A stretch of DNA of 64,000 nt from a virus (Duplodnaviria > Caudoviricetes), in the IMG/VR virus record IMGVR_UViG_3300042481_000164, positions 56,767 through 120,766 of that record; one strand, given 5' to 3'. The notes under the pieces were generated by a model. The model was not told the origin of the DNA, did not search any database, and saw only the letters and a list, made by a program, of their open reading frames with translations. Of the stretch, positions 35,029 through 44,151 are shown piece after piece; position 1 is the stretch's first letter, and every line of letters starts with the position of its first letter. The position numbers and the translations under genes were made by a program.

Positions 35029-36278
35029 TGAGTACTGCAATAACTACATTTAGTGGAGCTAACAGTTCGTTATTGGGTAATAACCCAATGCTTGCTGATG
35101 CCTTTGGTAGACTAAGGGTATCTAATCCATTAACTTTATTTGATTCTTCTCATAGATATAGAGATAATGGTTTATGGAATACAGCTACTACAAATGGAGG
35201 AACTGCTGTTTTTAGCCCAAATGAAGGGGTTGTAAATCTTAATGTAAACAATACAAGTGGATCAGAAGTATTGAGAGAAACTGCAAAAGTATTTTCTTAT
35301 CAACCAGGTAAGTCATTGATGGTGATGAATACTTTTGTCATGGCTCCTGCTCAAACTAATTTGAGACAGAGAGTTGGCTATTTTGGTACAGACAATGGAA
35401 TATATATTCAGTTAAATAATAATATAGTAAGCTTTGTAGAAAGAAGTTTAGTAACAGGAATTGTTAGTGAAACTGTTGTAAATCAATCTGCATGGAACGT
35501 AGACAAACTAAATGGTTCTGGATTATCTGGAATCACTTTAGATATAACTAAAGCTCAAATTCTTTTTATGGATATTGAGTGGTTAGGTGAAGGAACAGTT
35601 AGAATAGGTTTTGTAATAGACGGTGAGTTTATTGTTTGCCATAAATTCAATCATGCCAATCTAATTACAACCACTTATATTACTACAGCTTCATTACCAT
35701 TAAGATATGAAATCACAAATACTGGGGCTACAGCAATAGCTAGTACATTAAAACAAGTATGTTCTACTGTTATATCTGAAGGAGGTTATGAATTAAGAGG
35801 AGCACAACAAGCTATTGGTACTCCAATACTTACTCCAAGAACATTTGCTGCGGCAGGAACATTCTATCCTATTGTAGGAGTAAGACTTATACCAACTAAA
35901 CTAGATGCTATTGTAATAATTACTGCTGTATCTTTATTAGGGTTAGGTAATGGTAAAAACTATGCTTGGAGAGTTGTTCAAACTGCAACTATAACTGGTG
36001 GTTTATGGACTCCTCTTGGAGTAGATTCTGCTGTTGCATATAACTTAACAGGTACATCAGCAACAGGTGGTAGAGTATTAGCACAAGGATATGTAAACTC
36101 TTCTAATCAAGGATCGCCAAGTATCAATATATTAAAAGAAGCTTTGTTTGCAACTCAATTAGAAAGAAATAGTTTTACGGGTGTACCTTCTGAAATAGTA
36201 ATTGAAATGGCTATTGATGTTATAGGTGGTACTTTAGGAGCTTATGCTTCGGTGGATTGGGAAGAAATCAGCAGATAA
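35028..36278 (+). CDS. putative virion structural protein
   Basis: DAFGRLRVSNP...YQPGKS...DIEWLG.G.VR pattern seen in phage structural proteins. Confidence 0.65.
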   Translation: MSTAITTFSGANSSLLGNNPMLADAFGRLRVSNPLTLFDSSHRYRDNGLWNTATTNGGTAVFSPNEGVVNLNVNNTSGSEVLRETAKVFSYQPGKSLMVMNTFVMAPAQTNLRQRVGYFGTDNGIYIQLNNNIVSFVERSLVTGIVSETVVNQSAWNVDKLNGSGLSGITLDITKAQILFMDIEWLGEGTVRIGFVIDGEFIVCHKFNHANLITTTYITTASLPLRYEITNTGATAIASTLKQVCSTVISEGGYELRGAQQAIGTPILTPRTFAAAGTFYPIVGVRLIPTKLDAIVIITAVSLLGLGNGKNYAWRVVQTATITGGLWTPLGVDSAVAYNLTGTSATGGRVLAQGYVNSSNQGSPSINILKEALFATQLERNSFTGVPSEIVIEMAIDVIGGTLGAYASVDWEEISR

Positions 36279-36325
36279 AACATATACAATGAGTAAAAAA
36301 TTTACACTATCAAAAACATATTAAA

Positions 36326-38530
36326 ATGAGTTCTAATATAAACATAACCAATAAGATATCTATTCAGGATGAAGGTAGTTCAATAACAGCTAATGTAAAA
36401 AATATTAACTTTATTGGATCGGGAGTTACTGCTACAGCATTTGGTGATGATGTAACAGTTAGTATCACAGGTGGTGGCGGAGGAGCTAGTATATCATTGA
36501 CTACACTTGGTACAAGTGGTCTTGCAACTTTAACAGGTACCATTTTAAATATTCCACAATATATTGGTCTAACTGATTTAACAGCATCATCACCTTTAGT
36601 TTATGATAATACACTTGGTATATTTAGCATAACTCAAGCAAGTGCTATAGATGACGGTTATTTGTCTTCAGGTGATTGGATTAATTTTAACAGTAAACAA
36701 AATGCTTTATCAGGTGGAGTTACTAACCAAGTTACTAAATGGACTGGAACTGGAACTATAGGTAATTCAATTATGACTGATACTGGAACCTTAATGGGTA
36801 TTAGTCAAACTGCTCCTACAGCAAAACTTCATATTAATAACACAACAGCATCTAATTCATTTCTTGTAGAAGATGATACTAATCCTGATGGTACACCTTT
36901 TGTAATAGATAATGCTGGTAATGTTGGTATTGGTAATTTAACACCAGCTACTTTAGGTAAATTAGTAGTTGCAAGTACTGGTACTAATGGTCTTGTGTTG
37001 GATTCAGATACTGGTGCAACAGCAAACTCAACAAGACTATTTTTTAGATCTTCAACAGCAAATAAAGATTTGTCAATATTTAATGTTGCTGGTGCATTTA
37101 GATATGTATTTGGTGGTTCAGCTAATGTATCTTCTGGTTCTACAAAGTTTATAATGAATGAAACTGGAAATATGCTATTTAATGCTACTGGTGCTACCAT
37201 AACCCCAGTTGCTCCTATAACAGCTTATGCAACAGCTATTGCAGGTTCAGCAGAAGAGATTGCAAGATTTAGTGTTTATTCATTGACTACTCCAGGTACT
37301 ACACTTGGTTCAACTCTTTCTCTCAGAAATGGAACAAATACAGATGAAGAATTTTTACCACAAGTAAGAGGTACTCAATCAACAACTTCTCCATTATCAG
37401 CTTTGCAAATAGATGCTTTGATTGCAAATACTCAAGATATAGCAGGTAATACTAATCCGGCTATTATTGTTAGAGCAGCAGATACTAGTGGTGCAAGTTT
37501 AGATTTCAGACCTCTTTTAGATATTAGAAATGGTGGTACTTCTGCAGTAACTGTTTTACCTGGTCCATTAGTAGGTATTAACAATAACAATCCTCAATAT
37601 CCATTAGATATTTTAGGCAATGGTGGTATGAGAGTAGCAGATGTGGTAGATCCAACTTACCACATGGCTTTAGACCCAAGTGTATTTTTTAACACTAACA
37701 CCTTTTACAGTAGACACGATCCTGCTTTTCCTGGAGATTTTATAATAAATGCTACTAGTGATGTAGCAAATAATCTTACAACTGGTAAATTTAAATTACA
37801 AACATTTGGTCAAGATGCTATAACAATAGATAATGCTCAAAATGTAGGTATAGGTACTACTACACCTGCTGTTAAGTTAACTATTAATGGTCCAGTAAGT
37901 TTATTAAATTATTTATATTATAATTATACTGGAGGAGCAAATAATGATTATATTGGTAGTAATGATGCTTCTCACCCTGGTAGTGGAAATACAACTGGTT
38001 TTTATTTATTTAAACATGATAAAACAATAAATATTACTGCTGAAACTAGTAATTCAACATTAGATGCTGGTAGTATTTGGTTAAATACAGCAACTGATTT
38101 AAACTATATTGCTGGTAATTTAGGACTTGGTACAAAAACACCATCTACAAAGTTACATATAGATTCAGTAACCAGTGGTGCATTTAGATTAGTTGACACT
38201 ACACAAGGAGCTAATAAGTATTTAAAATCAGATGCAACTGGAGTAGGTACTTGGTCTACACTAACTGTAGCTGATACAGGTTTAACACTTACTGTAACAG
38301 GTACATCAGGTGCCGCAACATTAGTAGGTAATACTTTAAATATTCCTCAGTATACAGGAGGAGCAACATTAGCTCAAACATTGCTAGTAGGTAATAGTGC
38401 TGGTACTACTGATATCAATATGAACAACAATGACATTACAAATATTACTAATGTCTCAACAAGTTCAACAACACTTGAAATGCAAGCAGTGTTGAACTCA
38501 GCTTTAATTTTTTACGCAAATAACTGTTAA
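36326..38530 (+). CDS. tail fibre-like protein
   Basis: Repeated GNVGIG.TTP..KL.I modules and duplicated GTSG.ATL.G..LNIPQY. Confidence 0.75.
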   Translation: MSSNINITNKISIQDEGSSITANVKNINFIGSGVTATAFGDDVTVSITGGGGGASISLTTLGTSGLATLTGTILNIPQYIGLTDLTASSPLVYDNTLGIFSITQASAIDDGYLSSGDWINFNSKQNALSGGVTNQVTKWTGTGTIGNSIMTDTGTLMGISQTAPTAKLHINNTTASNSFLVEDDTNPDGTPFVIDNAGNVGIGNLTPATLGKLVVASTGTNGLVLDSDTGATANSTRLFFRSSTANKDLSIFNVAGAFRYVFGGSANVSSGSTKFIMNETGNMLFNATGATITPVAPITAYATAIAGSAEEIARFSVYSLTTPGTTLGSTLSLRNGTNTDEEFLPQVRGTQSTTSPLSALQIDALIANTQDIAGNTNPAIIVRAADTSGASLDFRPLLDIRNGGTSAVTVLPGPLVGINNNNPQYPLDILGNGGMRVADVVDPTYHMALDPSVFFNTNTFYSRHDPAFPGDFIINATSDVANNLTTGKFKLQTFGQDAITIDNAQNVGIGTTTPAVKLTINGPVSLLNYLYYNYTGGANNDYIGSNDASHPGSGNTTGFYLFKHDKTINITAETSNSTLDAGSIWLNTATDLNYIAGNLGLGTKTPSTKLHIDSVTSGAFRLVDTTQGANKYLKSDATGVGTWSTLTVADTGLTLTVTGTSGAATLVGNTLNIPQYTGGATLAQTLLVGNSAGTTDINMNNNDITNITNVSTSSTTLEMQAVLNSALIFYANNC

Positions 38531-38544
38531 TTAAATAAATAAAT

Positions 38545-38952
38545 ATGGCAACTAATTTAACTTTCACATCCGCTGCATTTGCACAAAACACTGCATTTGC
38601 TTCTGCTGCTACAACAGAAACTACTATACTTTCTGCTGATGCAACTTATACAAGAAGAATTTATGGTATTGCATTTACAAATTCTGCAACACAGTCAATT
38701 ACTTGTACAATAAGAATCAAAGATGGATCTAGTAATTCTGCAGGGCATTTCATAGTATCTCCTACAACAGGGATAAATGTTATGACAGATATATTTGGTA
38801 ACACCAATGGTGCACCTGTATTTCAAAAGAAAAGAGATGCAAACGGTAATGCTTATTATGATATTCCTGCTAACTACACAGTAACAGCACAATTATCAGC
38901 AAACTCAACTAACTCAATATACATTCATGTATTTGGAGAAACTTATGCTTAA
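38545..38952 (+). CDS. putative virion protein
   Basis: Beta-rich ORF in the fibre cluster. Confidence 0.55.
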   Translation: MATNLTFTSAAFAQNTAFASAATTETTILSADATYTRRIYGIAFTNSATQSITCTIRIKDGSSNSAGHFIVSPTTGINVMTDIFGNTNGAPVFQKKRDANGNAYYDIPANYTVTAQLSANSTNSIYIHVFGETYA

Positions 38953-38962
38953 TTAAATTAAT

Positions 38963-39886
38963 ATGCCTTTACACGGATTAAAAAGTGGTTTAGCAATTAG
39001 AGGTATGCAGTCCGGTAGAGGATCTGGTACCTCACTTGCTAATATAGAAAGTGGTTACAGAGGAGGGTTGCATAATGCTTTACCTAATAAAGAAAAAATG
39101 CTTAATCCTGTAAATCTAACAGGTAATAAAAAACCTTTAGTATATGGGCTTGCTGATTTCTATAACATCACTGGTGGTAACACTACTAACTTAAATGATA
39201 TTGCAGGTACAGGGAACTATTGGCTTTCTAACGGTTCTGTTGTATCAAGACCCATTCCTTATCCTAATGTATTGGGTGGTAAAACCATTTTAAAGTATGA
39301 TGGATCTGCTGCTGTAATGGAAATAGCAAACTCATTAAGTGTTGCTAGACCTGAGTACACTATAATGTGTATGATTAAATTAAATGAAACACCTGCTTTA
39401 TCTGTAATAGATAGTAATCAAATTACAGCTGGTGCTATTTATGTTGCTACTCCTACAAGTGGTGCATCGGCATGTCAGTTAAGAAGTAGATTTTATTCTG
39501 CTACAAGTACAGGAACCATATATACAAGTGATGTGGGTCCTACTTTTTCTTCAGCTGTAGATAATACACCAGAAGAATTTAAAGATTACATGCTTTTAAC
39601 TTGTAAGTACAGATTAAATCAACCTACAGGTCCAGGTAGTGAACAACATATGTTTATTAATGGTAGACCACATAAAATACTTTTTGGTACAGATAACTTT
39701 GTAGGTAATAGTACTGCAACATTCACCATACCTGCTTTAGGTATAGGTAATAATCCTGGTTCTCAAAATTCACTAGCCTTAGGTTTTGAAATGGGTATGG
39801 GTCTTGTTCTTCCTTACTGGTTAGAAGGAGCAGAGCAAGAAAAAATTGAGAATTATTTTAGATGGTATTATAATAAAAGTTTTTAA
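38963..39886 (+). CDS. putative virion protein, LamG/lectin-like
   Basis: Beta-rich; ends EQEKIENYFRWYY. Confidence 0.5.
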   Translation: MPLHGLKSGLAIRGMQSGRGSGTSLANIESGYRGGLHNALPNKEKMLNPVNLTGNKKPLVYGLADFYNITGGNTTNLNDIAGTGNYWLSNGSVVSRPIPYPNVLGGKTILKYDGSAAVMEIANSLSVARPEYTIMCMIKLNETPALSVIDSNQITAGAIYVATPTSGASACQLRSRFYSATSTGTIYTSDVGPTFSSAVDNTPEEFKDYMLLTCKYRLNQPTGPGSEQHMFINGRPHKILFGTDNFVGNSTATFTIPALGIGNNPGSQNSLALGFEMGMGLVLPYWLEGAEQEKIENYFRWYYNKSF

Positions 39887-39887
39887 T

Positions 39888-40085
39888 ATGGAACCGGTTG
39901 ATTTAAGTGTAAATGTTTTGTACTGGAATACAGAAGTAATTGGAACTGAGAACATTCCTATAGAAATTAGTTTTGGTATTGATACTCCCAATATAATTGT
40001 TGATCCTGCTACAGCTACACAAGCTGAAATGGTTGAATTATATAACAGAGGACTGTGGCATTTATTTATTGTAGGTTTACTATAA
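39888..40085 (+). CDS. small hypothetical protein
   Basis: Start reassigned to MEPVDL. Confidence 0.5.
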   Translation: MEPVDLSVNVLYWNTEVIGTENIPIEISFGIDTPNIIVDPATATQAEMVELYNRGLWHLFIVGLL

Positions 40086-40158
40086 AACCTCCTAAATAAA
40101 GGCTTTTTCTAAGTTTTTTTTAGTATATTATATTATATATTTTTTAAACTTTATTTTT

Positions 40159-40458
40159 ATGGATTCATCAATACTAACTATTGTATTATTTGTAGCAGCA
40201 ACTATTATAACAATACTAGGCTTCTTTTTAAGAAATGCTTATAATGATACTAGAAAAGATATTGAAATTTTACTTAACAGTGCTAGACTTCAAGCAGAAG
40301 AACTTGGTAAACTAAAAGGTAAAATTGAACTAGTTGAGCAAGAGGCAAGATTGAAGTATCAAGCTATACAAGAACAAACTCAGTTAGAAATTAAAAATCT
40401 TGCAAAGCATGTCAGTGAACTTTCTGATGCTGTAAGACAGTTTGTAATCAATAAATAA
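40159..40458 (+). CDS. holin-like membrane protein (N-terminal TM plus coiled coil)
   Basis: TM helix; directly upstream of the endolysin. Confidence 0.55.
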   Translation: MDSSILTIVLFVAATIITILGFFLRNAYNDTRKDIEILLNSARLQAEELGKLKGKIELVEQEARLKYQAIQEQTQLEIKNLAKHVSELSDAVRQFVINK

Positions 40459-40462
40459 TAAG

Positions 40463-40924
40463 ATGCAATTAAGTAAGAATTTATCATTAGCAGAGGTAAC
40501 AAGAAGTGAAACTGCAAAAAGAAGAGGTATTAGTAATATGCCTACACCTGAACACATTGAGAACTTTAAAAAATTAGCTGAAAATGTGTTTCAACCAATA
40601 CGTGAGCATTTTGGTGTTCCTATTCATATTTCATCAGGCTACAGAAGTAAAGCTTTGAACACTGCTGTAGGTGGAAGTTTGTCTTCACAGCATTGTCAAG
40701 GTGAAGCAATTGATATTGATATGGATGGTACATCTATAACTAATGCTCAAATCTTTAACTTCATTAAAGATAATTTAAACTTTGACCAAATGATTTGGGA
40801 ATTTGGAACTGATACCAATCCTGATTGGGTACATGTTTCTTATGAATCTACCGGTAAACAAAGAAAACAAATTTTAAAAGCTGTAAAACAAGGAGGAGCT
40901 ACTAAATATCTTCCTTACAAATAA
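40463..40924 (+). CDS. endolysin, peptidase M15A
   Basis: SSGYRS..LN.AVGGS.SSQH..GEAID...WVHVSY. Confidence 0.88.
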   Translation: MQLSKNLSLAEVTRSETAKRRGISNMPTPEHIENFKKLAENVFQPIREHFGVPIHISSGYRSKALNTAVGGSLSSQHCQGEAIDIDMDGTSITNAQIFNFIKDNLNFDQMIWEFGTDTNPDWVHVSYESTGKQRKQILKAVKQGGATKYLPYK

Positions 40925-40941
40925 ACTAAATATTTAATATT

Positions 40942-41172
40942 ATGGAAAACTTAATAAAAAGATGGAAGGCTCCAACACCAAACTTTTGGAAGAAAGTACA
41001 AAAAATTGGTTTAAGTTTAACAGCTGTAGGAACAGTTATAGCAACAGCTCCAGTTTCTTTACCAGCTACATTAGTAACTATAGGTGGTTATACAATATTT
41101 GGAGGAGGACTGATGACAGTATTAGCACAACTAACAGTTGACACACCTACAACAGTAGAAGAAACACACTAA
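40942..41172 (+). CDS. holin-like two-TM protein
   Basis: RWKAPTP.FWKK plus two TM segments, after the endolysin. Confidence 0.6.
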   Translation: MENLIKRWKAPTPNFWKKVQKIGLSLTAVGTVIATAPVSLPATLVTIGGYTIFGGGLMTVLAQLTVDTPTTVEETH

Positions 41173-41201
41173 AAATTAAATTAATTAAACTGTTTTAAAG
41201 T

Positions 41202-41360
41202 ATGAAAGTAAGAAACAATTGGAAGTCTCCAAACAAACAATGGGATAAGTTAATACTTAAACTTAGAATATCTAGCTTAGATATATTTGGTATTGAGGTT
41301 GATATTAACAGAGAATTTTATGCATTAACTATTTTAAATTTTACATTGAAAAATAGATAA
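41202..41360 (+). CDS. small hypothetical protein (52 aa)
   Basis: Hand translation MKVRNNWKSPNKQWDKL...; terminator at about 41389-41419. Confidence 0.5.
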   Translation: MKVRNNWKSPNKQWDKLILKLRISSLDIFGIEVDINREFYALTILNFTLKNR

Positions 41361-41481
41361 TACTCATTGCTATAATTTAAATTACTATGATCCAGGTGTA
41401 TTAAACATCTGGATTTTTTATTTTAAATATTTAAGATTTAAACTTTATTTGTATTTTTGTTTAAACTTAAAATATATAAAA

Positions 41482-41778
41482 ATGGAAAATGTAACTGAAG
41501 AAAGAGAATTAACTCAAGAAGAGTTAGCTGCAAGAAAGGATGAAATGAAGCAGTTCTATGATGAGTCACTTCCTTATTTGGAATCTCAAGCAAAGTATGA
41601 GAAGTTATTAACTGAGATTGAGGAATCAAGATTTAAGAGAGCTACATTACAAATTCAGTGGGCTAACATTATGGCAGCACAACAAGAGCAAGATACTGCT
41701 GACCATGGGGATGAAGAAGAAAAAGAAACTGCGGAACAACCTACTCCTACAGCAGAAAGAAAACTTAAAAAATCATAA
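41482..41778 (+). CDS. hypothetical coiled-coil protein
   Basis: Start reassigned to MENVTEE. Confidence 0.65.
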   Translation: MENVTEERELTQEELAARKDEMKQFYDESLPYLESQAKYEKLLTEIEESRFKRATLQIQWANIMAAQQEQDTADHGDEEEKETAEQPTPTAERKLKKS

Positions 41779-41780
41779 TA

Positions 41781-42170
41781 ATGGCTACAGTTAACCAAGT
41801 TCAAAAAAAGGTGAAGATGCCTAAATGGGATGTGGTTAAGTTTCAGATACTAACTCATTGCTACATCAACCGTGTAGTAATGAGTGAATCTGATCTAAAT
41901 TGTTTAACATTATTAAGTTTTAACCAACCAGTAGAGTTAACTCATTTTTGTTATGATGCATCTTCTGAAGAGGATTGGATTTTTAAATCTCCACAGACTG
42001 TAAGAAACTGCATCAATAAAGCTGAAAAGAATGGATTAGTAGTTAAAGATCCAAATAATAAAAAACAAGTAATGCTTAACCCAGCATTAAAGATTCAAAC
42101 AGCAGGAACAATATTACTTGACTATAAATTATTAGGTTATGAATCCGAAGAAAACACACAGCTTGTATAA
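41781..42170 (+). CDS. hypothetical protein, possible winged-HTH
   Basis: SPQTVRNCINKAEKNGLVVK. Confidence 0.55.
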   Translation: MATVNQVQKKVKMPKWDVVKFQILTHCYINRVVMSESDLNCLTLLSFNQPVELTHFCYDASSEEDWIFKSPQTVRNCINKAEKNGLVVKDPNNKKQVMLNPALKIQTAGTILLDYKLLGYESEENTQLV

Positions 42171-42549
42171 AACTCTTTCAGAAGAGTTAAGTATCAGTGA
42201 GCATTTGATTGAGGATCTTGTAGAGTTTATGTACAAGGATTTGAGACAGAAGTTATCTAATCTTGTACATCCTAGAATCAGTGTAGATGGATTGGGCCAG
42301 TTTGTATGCAAACCTCATACTGTAAGAAAAGGTATAAGTGATGCAGAAAAAAAACTACAGGGTCATGACACTTCTACATTTAATGCTTACTTTAACAAAA
42401 AAAGGTTGGAAAATAAACTTGTATTGTTAAAAGAATTACACATCATCATTTTAAAAGAAGAAGAAAAAAAGAATAATATTAAAACTATTAAACATGAGTA
42501 CATTTCAAAACATCTGGAAACACCGGAAAGAGATAATGGAGGGAATTAA
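42139..42549 (+). CDS. IHF/HU-like DNA-binding protein
   Basis: LSEELSISEHLIEDLV...RISVDGLGQF; IHF-like genes are typical of crAss-like phages. Confidence 0.55.
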   Translation: MNPKKTHSLYKTLSEELSISEHLIEDLVEFMYKDLRQKLSNLVHPRISVDGLGQFVCKPHTVRKGISDAEKKLQGHDTSTFNAYFNKKRLENKLVLLKELHIIILKEEEKKNNIKTIKHEYISKHLETPERDNGGN

Positions 42550-42796
42550 AAATTCTATTATTAGAGATCAGTTTGTTGAAGAGATAGCAGCGGCAAGAAT
42601 GGCAAAATGTAATGCCTGTGTAAGAAAGGATGAAGAAGGTAAATCATGTGTTATGCCTGGTACACAACCTTGTTGTAATTTATGTGGTTGTTCACTTTCT
42701 TTTAAAACTAGATCATTATCATCAAGCTGTCCTGATTTTAGATGGAAAGCTTTAATATCAGAAGAAGATGAAGATAATCTAGATAAACTTAAATAA
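42494..42796 (+). CDS. Cys-rich Zn-binding protein
   Basis: R...CNAC...CCNLCGC...KTRS.SS.CP...W. Confidence 0.65.
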   Translation: MSTFQNIWKHRKEIMEGIKNSIIRDQFVEEIAAARMAKCNACVRKDEEGKSCVMPGTQPCCNLCGCSLSFKTRSLSSSCPDFRWKALISEEDEDNLDKLK

Positions 42797-42797
42797 T

Positions 42798-43637
42798 ATG
42801 AGTATATACTTTAATGCAAAAGACCATAGTTACAAAAGCTTAGAGGCTGAAGAAAAGATTGATTGGATTTCAGTTACTACTTTAGTATCCCATTTTAAAA
42901 AACCTTTTGATGCAAAAAAGATTGCAGAAAAAGTAAGTAAAAATAAAAGATCTAAGTGGTTTGGTATTGAACCTAAAAAGATTCAAGGGATTTGGGAAGC
43001 TGAAGCTGACAGAGCTGTAACACTTGGTACATATTATCATAATCAAAGAGAAGATGATTTATGTGCGCTTGCTTCTATAGAAAGAGAAGGTAAGACTGTT
43101 CCTGTTGTTGCTCCTGTACCTTTAACAGAAAGTGGTATAAAGATGGCTCCGTCACAAAAACTTGAAGAAGGTATTTATCCTGAGCACATGGTCTTTCTTA
43201 AATCTGCAGGTATCTGTGGTCAATCAGATTTAGTTGAGGTAGTAAATGGTAAAGTAAATATCATAGATTATAAAACTAACAAGGAGATTAAAACAGAATC
43301 TTTTGTAAATTGGGAAGGTGCTTCAGATAAGATGATGTTTCCAATAGATAGTTTAGATGACTGTAATTTTAATCATTATGCAATACAGCTAAGTGTGTAT
43401 ATGTATATGATTCTTAAACACAATCCTAAATTAAAACCGGGAAGGATATTTATTCACCATGTTACATTTGAAGTAGAATCTGAGGATGAATATGGATACC
43501 CAGTAGTTAAAAGAGATCATACCGGAGAACCAGTAGTAAAAGAAGTTATTCCTATGGCCGTACCATATCTAATAGATGAGGTAACTGCTTTGATGCATTA
43601 TGTAAAAGAGAATGGTATTAAAATTAAAAAGAAATGA
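42798..43637 (+). CDS. PD-(D/E)XK (RecB/Cas4-like) nuclease
   Basis: SVTT, GT..H, E...GQSDL...IIDYKTN...Y..QLS.Y. Confidence 0.8.
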   Translation: MSIYFNAKDHSYKSLEAEEKIDWISVTTLVSHFKKPFDAKKIAEKVSKNKRSKWFGIEPKKIQGIWEAEADRAVTLGTYYHNQREDDLCALASIEREGKTVPVVAPVPLTESGIKMAPSQKLEEGIYPEHMVFLKSAGICGQSDLVEVVNGKVNIIDYKTNKEIKTESFVNWEGASDKMMFPIDSLDDCNFNHYAIQLSVYMYMILKHNPKLKPGRIFIHHVTFEVESEDEYGYPVVKRDHTGEPVVKEVIPMAVPYLIDEVTALMHYVKENGIKIKKK

Positions 43638-44149
43638 TTGTAAGATTATTTGATGTTCAGAATGGTGCTGTAATTCCAACTGAGCACTGCTATACTTTAA
43701 AAGCACTAAAAGATATCATGGATAACTATCCAGATGATCATCTTAAAATTTATCAATATCTGTTTTATATGACATGTCCAAACCCGGATATGAATCCATT
43801 TTTTAATACACCAGAGATTGATAAAGAAAGTGTAATTTTAACTGAGATAGAAGCAGAGTTTTCTACAGAGGATGAAGACATAAGAATTGCTTTATTATTC
43901 TGTCAAAGAATGTATGAAACTCCAACATCTAGAGCATACAAAGGTATGTCATCTATGTTAGATAGATTAGCTAGGTATATGGAGAATACACAGATCACTG
44001 CAGGAAGAGACGGTAACATAAACTCTCTTATTGCAGCTGCAAAAAACTTTGATCAGATTAGAGCATCATTTAAAGGAGTGTATAAAGACTTACAAGATGA
44101 ACAATCCAGCAAAGTGCGTGGAGGAATTGGTTTAGGTTATGATCAATAA
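43634..44149 (+). CDS. conserved protein upstream of terminase (possible small subunit)
   Basis: Position; ends KVRGG.GLGYDQ. Confidence 0.5.
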   Translation: MIVRLFDVQNGAVIPTEHCYTLKALKDIMDNYPDDHLKIYQYLFYMTCPNPDMNPFFNTPEIDKESVILTEIEAEFSTEDEDIRIALLFCQRMYETPTSRAYKGMSSMLDRLARYMENTQITAGRDGNINSLIAAAKNFDQIRASFKGVYKDLQDEQSSKVRGGIGLGYDQ

Positions 44150-44151
44150 TT

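Noticed and set aside
42798-43637. Cas4-like nuclease as part of a CRISPR system
   Set aside because: No array or other cas genes; stand-alone PD-(D/E)XK nucleases are routine next to terminases.
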